DNA from: a virus
Taxonomy: Duplodnaviria; Heunggongvirae; Uroviricota; Caudoviricetes
Virus record (IMG/VR): IMGVR_UViG_2711768068_000019
DNA length: 33,324 nt
Direction: 5' to 3' (one strand)
Positions 26,656 through 33,324 of this stretch are shown here, one piece after another. The position numbers and the translations under genes were made by a program. How positions within the stretch are numbered: the first letter of the stretch is position 1; each line of letters starts with the position of its first letter. The notes under the pieces were generated by a model. That model saw only the letters and a list, made by a program, of their open reading frames with translations, ran no database searches and was not told the DNA's origin.

Positions 26656-28937
26656 GTCCACTCCATTACTGTTGAGAATCCCGGCCACTCATCAGCGACC
26701 GGATACGTGAACTTTTTCCCGTCATAATTTACGGTTGCCCCACGCGCCAGCGCCTCAAGCTCCCATCGCTGCGGCCTGATACCGTTCTGAGCAAGGTCAA
26801 CGCGGATACGGGTAATTTGCATTCGTTCCGACCGGGTCATTCTGGCCGATGGCGCTATTTCATGCGGTTTTAACGGGCTTCCGTTTCTTTGCTGACGACT
26901 TGGCGTTCTCCGACCGTGTTTTAATGCACCTCTGAGCGCCCTCACGACCTCCGGGTCACTCCATTCGATAACACCGTCATCAACCAGATTAAGCACTGCT
27001 GCGGCGTGCTCAGAAGGTGTGGGAGCCGGTAACGAAGTATCACCGCCGGTAAGCTTTCCACAGTTATTGACAGGACTCCGAGGCGCGGCGATGCCGCTTT
27101 TTAAAGTCAAAGGCTCAACGACCGGAACTTTCGGCACAATGCGCCAGTCCGTGGTTCTGGTGATATGAATATGACGCGCGCCGAGATGCGGTGCGTAAAT
27201 GCCGACCACTCTCTCGACTTCTTCCTCGTACTCGTTAACGTCATCCGACGGGCTACGGGCGACTCTGACAGTCTGACAATCGCGCGGAACATTTGCCCCA
27301 CCCTGCGCGCTGATATACAACGCAAAATCACCACTGTCTGCGGCGGCGCGTGCAGCCTCGACGCGCTCGTCAAACTCATCAGCAATGCTGACGCCGCGAG
27401 GCAATTTGCGTAATTCACGGTAAGCCCCCATTGTCGGCAGACCAACCGTTTTAAATTGCGGAATGCGCCACGTTGACGCCCATGCGGTAACAGCCGCTGC
27501 AGTGTCTTTCAGCGGCCTGCCGGTGTCGTTATCGAGCTGACCATCCAGTGCATAGCCGTCGATGTTTTTTGAAATGTATTTCGCGATATATCCCGCAGCA
27601 CCGCCCCGGTTAAGGTGTTTTGCCTGAAAACGGTTTCGCGCGGCTCCTCTTTCGTCACCATCCTCTTTGAGCGCATAGCGACGCATGATTTCGATAATCT
27701 GGTTACGCTGGCGTGGATTACAAAAAAGCATCATATGCCAGTGCGGCGTTCCGTCGTGGTGTGGCTCGACGACTCGCAAACCGTAGACCTGTAAATCATT
27801 ATCCTTGAATGCCGTGCGCATCAGGCTCCAGATACGGCAGAGATAACGCTGCGCATCCTTTGGATTAAATGCCTCATCGTTCCAGCCGTGATTAAGCTGC
27901 ACGGTTTTACTTTCGCCTTTTCCGACCTGACGTGTCGGGTGATACTTTGACGGCGCGGTCAGCGTGATAAACATCCCCACATCACCCTCTGCAGCGGCGT
28001 AACGCTCAATACCGGCAATGGTGTTCATCAGCTCCATCCGGCGAATTTCAGGATTAGAAATACTGCCCATCACCTTACTGATAAGGTCGATGCGCTCGCC
28101 GGTTTCCCTGTTTTCGAGGTCACACGATTTAAGAAATTCCAGATTTGCCTGGCGGCGCGCACGCACATCACGAATGGCGTGTTTACTGGCATAAGGAGAA
28201 CGGTCTTTATTGACCTCCCCGACAGCTATCAGTAACGCCTCATGCCAGCGCATACGCTGTCCTTTAAGCTGATGAGTCCACCACTCATCGTTAAACAGGC
28301 GGGCAATGGCAGAATATGCCTGCCTCGTGGTCATCTGTCCTTTACGGTATTTTTTCCAGTAGAGAGGGGAAATATTGAAAGCACGTGCAGCGCCAGCAAC
28401 ATGACCATAGAGGTGAGCCTGCGCCTTATCCGTAAACAGCGATTCTTTTTCGCCATGCGCATCCACCCAGGCATCGCAGAGTTCCTCATACATCATGAAA
28501 AGCTGCGATGAGATACGGGCGGCAAACTTTTTCAGCTCCTTGTCATTCATTCCAGGCAGGCGCGCATAGTGGTCACGCTCTGCCAGAAACAGCAACGACG
28601 CGTCGGTGTTCATTTCATGGCGCTGATTCACACGCTCAATACGCGGCCATAAACGACGCTGAAAAGTGGATGTGAGGAAATAAAACCCGTGTACCGGACT
28701 TTTATTGCGCCGGATGTAGTCATAGCGTGAAGTAAACAGCGAGCGCAAAAAGTAAGGCAGGCGGTTAATCGTGGATAAAACACCTTGCACCTGACGCATC
28801 TCGTCACGTGTAAGAGGTCTTTCTCGCCCAACGGCCTCGCGTGGCGCGTTCCATGCATAAGCACCGGTAAACGTCTCACCGGTGCCTGCGGCAAATGCTG
28901 ACGGAGGGACAAAACGCCCGGAGGCTTTAACGGCCAT
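26652..28937 (-). CDS. A: Replication initiation protein A (rolling-circle HUH endonuclease)
   Basis: 761-aa product from the ATG at 28935-28937 (MAVKASGRFVPPSAF...); the track ORF begins at a TTG 14 codons upstream. Contains a HUH-type motif (PHWHMMLF) and a candidate catalytic Tyr region (YIAKYISKN). Confidence 0.9.
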   Translation of the reverse strand: MAVKASGRFVPPSAFAAGTGETFTGAYAWNAPREAVGRERPLTRDEMRQVQGVLSTINRLPYFLRSLFTSRYDYIRRNKSPVHGFYFLTSTFQRRLWPRIERVNQRHEMNTDASLLFLAERDHYARLPGMNDKELKKFAARISSQLFMMYEELCDAWVDAHGEKESLFTDKAQAHLYGHVAGAARAFNISPLYWKKYRKGQMTTRQAYSAIARLFNDEWWTHQLKGQRMRWHEALLIAVGEVNKDRSPYASKHAIRDVRARRQANLEFLKSCDLENRETGERIDLISKVMGSISNPEIRRMELMNTIAGIERYAAAEGDVGMFITLTAPSKYHPTRQVGKGESKTVQLNHGWNDEAFNPKDAQRYLCRIWSLMRTAFKDNDLQVYGLRVVEPHHDGTPHWHMMLFCNPRQRNQIIEIMRRYALKEDGDERGAARNRFQAKHLNRGGAAGYIAKYISKNIDGYALDGQLDNDTGRPLKDTAAAVTAWASTWRIPQFKTVGLPTMGAYRELRKLPRGVSIADEFDERVEAARAAADSGDFALYISAQGGANVPRDCQTVRVARSPSDDVNEYEEEVERVVGIYAPHLGARHIHITRTTDWRIVPKVPVVEPLTLKSGIAAPRSPVNNCGKLTGGDTSLPAPTPSEHAAAVLNLVDDGVIEWSDPEVVRALRGALKHGRRTPSRQQRNGSPLKPHEIAPSARMTRSERMQITRIRVDLAQNGIRPQRWELEALARGATVNYDGKKFTYPVADEWPGFSTVMEWT

Positions 28938-29202
28938 ATGAGCCAAAAGCCTCTGAACAACGCTTGCTGAGTTGCTCAACCTGCGCGTTTAAATCAGCAA
29001 AAGACTTTGCGCTTCCGGTCAGAATATCGTGATGCATCAGGCCGGAAACGAGCTGGCTTAATTTCGGGTAATAACCAACCACCGCCAGCCATTCCTGACC
29101 GGCGTTTTTACCGCTTTCCGCTCTCTTTTTCTCGTGGAGAATAAACTGAAAGCTGTCACTGGTAACGACATAACGTTCGCCAATTTCAATACGAATACTC
29201 AT
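28927..29202 (-). CDS. Hypothetical protein in the early operon (91 aa)
   Basis: ATG-start ORF overlapping the A start by 11 nt; lies between the zinc-finger ORF and A. No family recognised. Confidence 0.55.
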   Translation of the reverse strand: MSIRIEIGERYVVTSDSFQFILHEKKRAESGKNAGQEWLAVVGYYPKLSQLVSGLMHHDILTGSAKSFADLNAQVEQLSKRCSEAFGSYGR

Positions 29203-29423
29203 GCCGTTCTCCGGTAATGTTTGTTTTTTGCTTCAAAGACTGACTGACAGGAAACACAACGCGTGGCTGACGGGTAAGCCGCACGACGGGCAGCAGGTAT
29301 TGGCGCGTCACACTCTTCGCAAACCAGCGCAGAAGCACCGCAATGTTTTACTCTTGCCGCGTTAATCTGGCGCTCCAGTAATTCAGCCTGTTGTTCCTGA
29401 ATAAAATCCACGTTGTCCGGCAT
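29199..29423 (-). CDS. TraR/DksA-type C4 zinc-finger protein (P2 orf83-like)
   Basis: 74-aa ORF with CxxC...CxxC (CEECDAPIP...CVSCQ) near the C-terminus; its position upstream of A matches P2 orf83. Confidence 0.7.
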   Translation of the reverse strand: MPDNVDFIQEQQAELLERQINAARVKHCGASALVCEECDAPIPAARRAAYPSATRCVSCQSVFEAKNKHYRRTA

Positions 29424-29713
29424 TACCAGCTCCTTTTGTCGTTCAGTTTCTTAAATTCATCAGCGCAATAGCTGGCGATTTCTGTCGTTAATTTTGTCAG
29501 TTCATCCACGGATGAAATTTGCTTATGAAATACAGCGCGTTTAACAAGTAAATTAACCACATCAGACAGGAGATTTAATTTATCCGCATAAATGGCTATA
29601 GTTGATTCCACCATATCCCCAGTGTTTTTATCGCGTTTAATATCAGCTAGCGACAAATCACCATTTTTCATGACTGAAATCTTCAGCCAGTTATTAAGCA
29701 ATATATTTTTCAT
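29423..29713 (-). CDS. Hypothetical protein (P2 orf82 position), AT-rich
   Basis: 96-aa ATG-start ORF, tightly packed with its neighbours; lower GC than the flanking ORFs. Confidence 0.55.
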   Translation of the reverse strand: MKNILLNNWLKISVMKNGDLSLADIKRDKNTGDMVESTIAIYADKLNLLSDVVNLLVKRAVFHKQISSVDELTKLTTEIASYCADEFKKLNDKRSW

Positions 29714-29955
29714 TCGCTATATGCCCTCTCCGCAGAATCAATCATTTCCCGGCCATTATCGGTAATACAGAAACCTTCTCTTGATTTGGTCACAAGCCCC
29801 CATTTCCCCATTGCTATAAATGCTTTTTCCACACGACTAGGACAGGAGCGGAAGACATCGCTTGAAGGATGTAGTGGAGTCTTGTCATCTAATTTTTTAA
29901 GTAATGAAAGTTGATAATCTGTTAAGCGTTTCCTGAACCATTTTGTATTTGTCAT
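29710..29955 (-). CDS. Hypothetical protein (P2 orf81 position)
   Basis: 81-aa product from the ATG at 29953-29955; the track ORF begins at a TTG two codons upstream. Confidence 0.55.
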   Translation of the reverse strand: MTNTKWFRKRLTDYQLSLLKKLDDKTPLHPSSDVFRSCPSRVEKAFIAMGKWGLVTKSREGFCITDNGREMIDSAERAYSE

Positions 29956-29969
29956 CTCCAACTTTCCTG

Positions 29970-30182
29970 TTATTTATTGAGTCCTAGATTATGGAATTTG
30001 GCAGACTCCTGACTGAGCAACTCGACTATCTCCACGCGGGATAACTCCGCCTTTGTGATGTGGCGAATCATGGCATCAAGATGAGACGAAAAGCGCGTTG
30101 CTACATCGGCCTGTGCTTCGGTTCTGGCCTGTTGCAGCATTAATGCGTATTTACCGCACTGATTTTCAGAAACTGTATGCAT
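29970..30182 (-). CDS. Hypothetical protein (P2 orf80 position)
   Basis: 70-aa product from the ATG at 30180-30182, preceded by GGAG with a 7-nt spacer; the track ORF begins at a TTG 11 codons upstream. Confidence 0.55.
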   Translation of the reverse strand: MHTVSENQCGKYALMLQQARTEAQADVATRFSSHLDAMIRHITKAELSRVEIVELLSQESAKFHNLGLNK

Positions 30183-30245
30183 GACTTTCTCCAGGCAAAA
30201 AGAAGCCCCGCACAATTAAGTGCGTTAAAAACTTTGGTTAATTAC

Positions 30246-30746
30246 TTAATGCAGATATTGCTCTGGTTTTACCGACGTCAGAATTGTCGGTGCATATTCA
30301 AACAGACTGAATAATTCACGTAATGCACGGAATAAAGCATCACGCCAGTAACATGACTCTTCATTAATTCGCCAGTATGGCTGGTTAAATTCTTTTTCTG
30401 TCAGTCGTGCGTGCATAAATAAAGTACGGCGCTGACTGACAGTTAAAAAGCTAATATATGCATACTCACTTGCACCGACCTGACGGCGTTTTGAGAATGC
30501 CCCACGCAATTCATCAATTGCACAAACCAGCCGTTCACGTTCGACGTCGTTCATTTCTTCAAAACGCATCGTTGCATGACGCTGTTTTAACTGCGCATGG
30601 AAGCAAACCGTTAGCCGTTCGCGCTCCATCATCTGATTATAATAATCACATGTCTCCTGCCAGCGAGGGACGGCAAGATGCTTACCAATTATCCGGCGCA
30701 TAGTTGCTGGTTGTTTTTCAACGAGATTGAGCGTCATCACTGTCAT
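30246..30746 (-). CDS. B: Replication protein B (helicase-loader-like)
   Basis: 166-aa product from the ATG at 30744-30746 (MTVMTLNLVEKQP...), recognised as P2 gpB. Confidence 0.9.
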   Translation of the reverse strand: MTVMTLNLVEKQPATMRRIIGKHLAVPRWQETCDYYNQMMERERLTVCFHAQLKQRHATMRFEEMNDVERERLVCAIDELRGAFSKRRQVGASEYAYISFLTVSQRRTLFMHARLTEKEFNQPYWRINEESCYWRDALFRALRELFSLFEYAPTILTSVKPEQYLH

Positions 30747-30913
30747 TTCCATACCCTCCGGCTTTTCAGAAAGGTCAGAGCCTTTTTTAACGGACTCTGT
30801 TTTTTGGTGCGGATAATGATTCCCTTACGCCCCTTACCGTGGGTGATGGTGAAGTCAATCGCCCTGGGGCTTTCGTTACGCAGTAACTGAGCAATACAAC
30901 GAGGCTCATTCAT
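30743..30913 (-). CDS. Small basic hypothetical protein (P2 orf78 position)
   Basis: 56-aa product from the ATG at 30911-30913 with a strong Shine-Dalgarno (AAGGAG, 6-nt spacer); the track ORF begins at a GTG 8 codons upstream. Sits between cox and B. Confidence 0.55.
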   Translation of the reverse strand: MNEPRCIAQLLRNESPRAIDFTITHGKGRKGIIIRTKKQSPLKKALTFLKSRRVWK

Positions 30914-30923
30914 ACGGTTCTCC

Positions 30924-31199
30924 TTAACGTGGTTCACCGAGACCTAACCACATCAACCAGCCGTCACGAATCTCTTTAGGGCGGCTTTCATAAGCCAGTT
31001 TTAGTCCGTTATTCCATGCCGGAAGGTATACCCAATATTCACCTGCACGACCTGAAGCTGATTGTGGATCGGTCATATCAATTACAGGCAGCTTTCCTTT
31101 ATCGATCATCCGACGAACCGCTCCTGTCGATTTTCCTATTAGTTTTGCGAACTCCTGATAAGGAATCGCATCAGTCATGAGTGTTACTTGCTTGCTCAT
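30924..31199 (-). CDS. cox: Cox (excisionase / repressor of Pc)
   Basis: 91-aa ORF, ATG start, first gene of the early operon and divergent from C; recognised as P2 Cox. Confidence 0.9.
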   Translation of the reverse strand: MSKQVTLMTDAIPYQEFAKLIGKSTGAVRRMIDKGKLPVIDMTDPQSASGRAGEYWVYLPAWNNGLKLAYESRPKEIRDGWLMWLGLGEPR

Positions 31200-31236
31200 G
31201 TCGTCCTCTAGCCCTCATGAATTGCGTTTAATGTCT

Positions 31237-31242
31237 TATAAT
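31237..31242 (+). promoter_or_regulatory. Candidate -10 element of the repressor promoter Pc
   Basis: Perfect TATAAT about 72 nt upstream of the C start; no good -35 match at 17 nt, as expected for a weak promoter. Would be face-to-face with the proposed Pe. Confidence 0.35.
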
Positions 31243-31280
31243 GCCTTTTAGTGCCCACATCCAAGCACTAAACAATCTAC

Positions 31281-31310
31281 ATCTAAACTAAATACTATTG
31301 AGATCTAAAC
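31281..31310. promoter_or_regulatory. Candidate C repressor operators O1/O2 (8-bp direct repeats, 22-bp periodicity)
   Basis: ATCTAAAC occurs at about 31281..31288 and 31303..31310, flanking the proposed Pe -10. This matches the P2 arrangement of two 8-bp direct repeats around the Pe -10, as I recall it. Confidence 0.5.
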
Positions 31311-31320
31311 ACCATGTCAA
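31292..31320 (-). promoter_or_regulatory. Candidate early promoter Pe (drives cox-B-A)
   Basis: Minus strand reads TTGACA (overlapping the C start codon), a 17-nt spacer, then TAGTAT. Confidence 0.5.
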
Positions 31321-31613
31321 ACACGATAAGCGAGAAGATAGTCTTAATGCGAAAATCAGAGTATTTGAGCAGACAACAACTTGCTGATTTAACAGGGGTT
31401 CCGTATGGCACGCTGAGTTACTATGAAAGTGGTCGTTCAACACCTCCAACAGATGTCATGATGAACATCCTGCAGACCCCACAATTCACCAAATACACTT
31501 TATGGTTCATGACCAATCAGATCGCTCCTGAGTCCGGGCAAATTGCGCCCGCTCTCGCACACTTTGGGCAAAACGAAACAACGTCGCCCCACTCCGGTCA
31601 AAAGACTGGTTAA
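31314..31613 (+). CDS. C: Immunity repressor C
   Basis: 99-aa ORF, ATG start (MSNTISEKIVLMRKSEYLSRQQLADLTGVPYGTLSYYESG...), with a helix-turn-helix region; length and position match P2 C. Confidence 0.9.
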   Translation: MSNTISEKIVLMRKSEYLSRQQLADLTGVPYGTLSYYESGRSTPPTDVMMNILQTPQFTKYTLWFMTNQIAPESGQIAPALAHFGQNETTSPHSGQKTG

Positions 31614-31728
31614 CAATTCATCGTGAATATATTCATCACAAGTGCCTACTATTGGTGGCTAAATTTCAGCCACCACGAAAAAAGCGATTAGTAGTCGCAA
31701 AAAAACACACCACTCGGAGGGTTTTCTG

Positions 31729-32742
31729 ATGGCAATCAAAAAACTCGATGATGGTCGATATGAAGTGGACATCCGCCCTACTGGACGTAATGGAAAACGC
31801 ATCCGTAGGAAGTTTGATAAGAAAAGCGAAGCTGTCGCTTTCGAGAAATACACGTTGTACAACCACCACAATAAAGAATGGCTATCAAAACCAACAGACA
31901 AGCGACGTCTGTCGGAGCTGACACAGATCTGGTGGGATTTAAAGGGTAAACACGAAGAGCATGGGAAATCTAATCTTGGAAAAATTGAAATCTTCACAAA
32001 AATAACGAATGACCCATGCGCATTTCAAATTACGAAATCGCTTATCAGCCAGTACTGCGCCACCCGAAGAAGTCAGGGTATTAAACCTTCGAGTATCAAT
32101 CGTGATTTAACATGTATTAGCGGCATGTTTACAGCCCTGATTGAAGCGGAGTTATTCTTTGGTGAGCACCCTATCAGAGGGACAAAAAGGCTTAAGGAGG
32201 AAAAACCAGACACAGGCTATCTCACGCAGGAAGAAATTGCCTTACTGCTTGCTGCTCTTGACGGCGACAACAAAAAGATTGCGATTCTTTGCCTGAGTAC
32301 TGGAGCACGTTGGGGAGAAGCAGCTCGTTTGAAAGCAGAAAATATCATCCATAACCGCGTCACGTTTGTTAAAACGAAAACAAACAAACCACGCACCGTC
32401 CCGATCTCAGAGGCTGTTGCCAAAATGATCGCGGATAACAAACGAGGTTTTTTATTCCCTGATGCTGATTACCCTCGCTTCAGACGAACAATGAAAGCAA
32501 TAAAACCGGATTTGCCAATGGGGCAAGCTACACATGCACTAAGGCACAGCTTTGCCACTCATTTCATGATTAATGGAGGAAGTATTATCACGCTACAACG
32601 GATACTAGGTCACACGCGGATTGAGCAAACTATGGTTTACGCTCATTTTGCGCCAGAGTACCTTCAGGACGCCATTTCTCTTAATCCGCTAAGAGGTGGT
32701 ACTGAGGTCGAGAGTGTCCACACAGTGTCCACAGTAGAGTAA
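31729..32742 (+). CDS. int: Tyrosine integrase
   Basis: 337-aa ORF preceded by GGAGG; the C-terminal region has the conserved R...HxxR...Y catalytic residues (ARWGEAARL, HALRHSFAT, VYAHF). Adjacent to the att core. Confidence 0.9.
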   Translation: MAIKKLDDGRYEVDIRPTGRNGKRIRRKFDKKSEAVAFEKYTLYNHHNKEWLSKPTDKRRLSELTQIWWDLKGKHEEHGKSNLGKIEIFTKITNDPCAFQITKSLISQYCATRRSQGIKPSSINRDLTCISGMFTALIEAELFFGEHPIRGTKRLKEEKPDTGYLTQEEIALLLAALDGDNKKIAILCLSTGARWGEAARLKAENIIHNRVTFVKTKTNKPRTVPISEAVAKMIADNKRGFLFPDADYPRFRRTMKAIKPDLPMGQATHALRHSFATHFMINGGSIITLQRILGHTRIEQTMVYAHFAPEYLQDAISLNPLRGGTEVESVHTVSTVE

Positions 32743-32821
32743 CGTTTAAGGGCTTTCAGTGGTAATTTATGCCGCTCAAACCCGCATTGTACCGTTGAAA
32801 GCCCCTACTGTTGACACCCTA

Positions 32822-32849
32822 AATCTCCCTTACACGGGCTTATTTTTTA
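32822..32849. repeat. Prophage attachment site core, int-proximal junction (attL in P2 convention)
   Basis: Exact 28-bp copy of the repeat at 1507..1534, about 80 nt downstream of the int stop. Confidence 0.85.
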
Positions 32850-33006
32850 TGCATAAGCCCTATCCCTGGTCACCGTCTTCCATTGACCACATCGATAGAA
32901 TCTCCCTTCATAGCACGATGCCTTTCACGTAACGGCATCGTGCTCGCACAGGTTCCGGCTAAGCACAACCAGAACGCGCATGTTTGATGCTTACCAAAAA
33001 ATATTC

Positions 33007-33324
33007 TCACTCTCCACATTTGAATGTCAGACGAGCGACGCCATGTAATCCTGCACCTTCTGTCTTCAGGTCAACTATCTGCATTTTTTTGCCCTGAGTA
33101 ACACAGAAATGGGCTGCATCATTTTTTACTATATTTTCTGCACCAGATATTCTGCCCCTGGCTAAAGAAGCTTCGGCTTCGGTGTAGTATTGGTTATCGA
33201 GTTTACGCTGAATATTACTTTTATATGCAAGACCAAATTTACCGATACTTGTCTCATCATTATGCACAGCACAACCAGACACAATAAAAATACTAATTAA
33301 TGATATAGCAGCTATCTTTTTCAT
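33007..33324 (-). CDS. yegR: Lipoprotein YegR (host chromosomal gene)
   Basis: 105-aa ORF whose ATG is the last three bases of the window. Signal peptide with a lipobox (IFIVSG-C); I recognise the sequence as E. coli YegR, the neighbour of yegQ. Confidence 0.8.
   Translation of the reverse strand: MKKIAAISLISIFIVSGCAVHNDETSIGKFGLAYKSNIQRKLDNQYYTEAEASLARGRISGAENIVKNDAAHFCVTQGKKMQIVDLKTEGAGLHGVARLTFKCGE

Larger units (their letters stand above)
1507..32849. mobile_element. P2-like (Peduovirus) prophage, apparently intact, about 31.3 kb
   Basis: Bounded by a 28-bp direct repeat; carries the full P2 gene order (int, C, cox, B, A, cos, Q, P, O, N, M, L, X, Y, K, lysABC, R, S, V, W, J, I, H, G, FI, FII, E/E', T, U, D, ogr) with no obvious disruptions. 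Confidence 0.9.

Noticed and set aside
31659-31997. 112-aa minus-strand ORF overlapping the int start and the C-int intergenic region
   Set aside because: Antisense to int and runs through the int ribosome-binding site; no start context; judged spurious.
32914-32945. 10-bp inverted repeat (gcacgatgcc...ggcatcgtgc) between the att core and yegR
   Set aside because: Could be the yegR terminator or a host palindrome, but there is no flanking T-run on either strand, so I could not assign it with confidence.

Overview
The window holds an apparently intact P2-like (Peduovirus) prophage of about 31.3 kb (about 1507..32849) inserted between the host genes yegQ (1..1362, +) and yegR (33007..33324, -). 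It is bounded by a 28-bp direct repeat that contains the 27-bp P2 att core. Reading left to right: att core, ogr, then the tail and late genes on the minus strand (D-U-T-E/E'-FII-FI, a Z/fun-position moron, G-H-I-J-W-V-S-R, lysC/lysB/lysA, K, Y, X, L, M, N, O), the divergent P and Q genes, a cos-like 19-mer, an AT-rich accessory island, the early replication operon (A back to cox), the Pe/Pc switch, C and int, and the second att core. The two most interesting loci are AT-rich cargo at the two positions where P2-like phages usually carry variable accessory genes. One is a translationally coupled two-gene operon (a 375-aa soluble protein plus a 178-aa four-helix membrane protein, 24169..25836) at the tin/old position next to cos. 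The other is a single membrane-anchored 197-aa protein (8567..9160) at the Z/fun position between G and FI. Neither resembles anything I recognise; both are candidate anti-phage or superinfection-exclusion modules. All coordinates of features not taken from the ORF track were hand-indexed and may be off by 1-2 nt. No tRNA, rRNA, CRISPR array or IS element was found.
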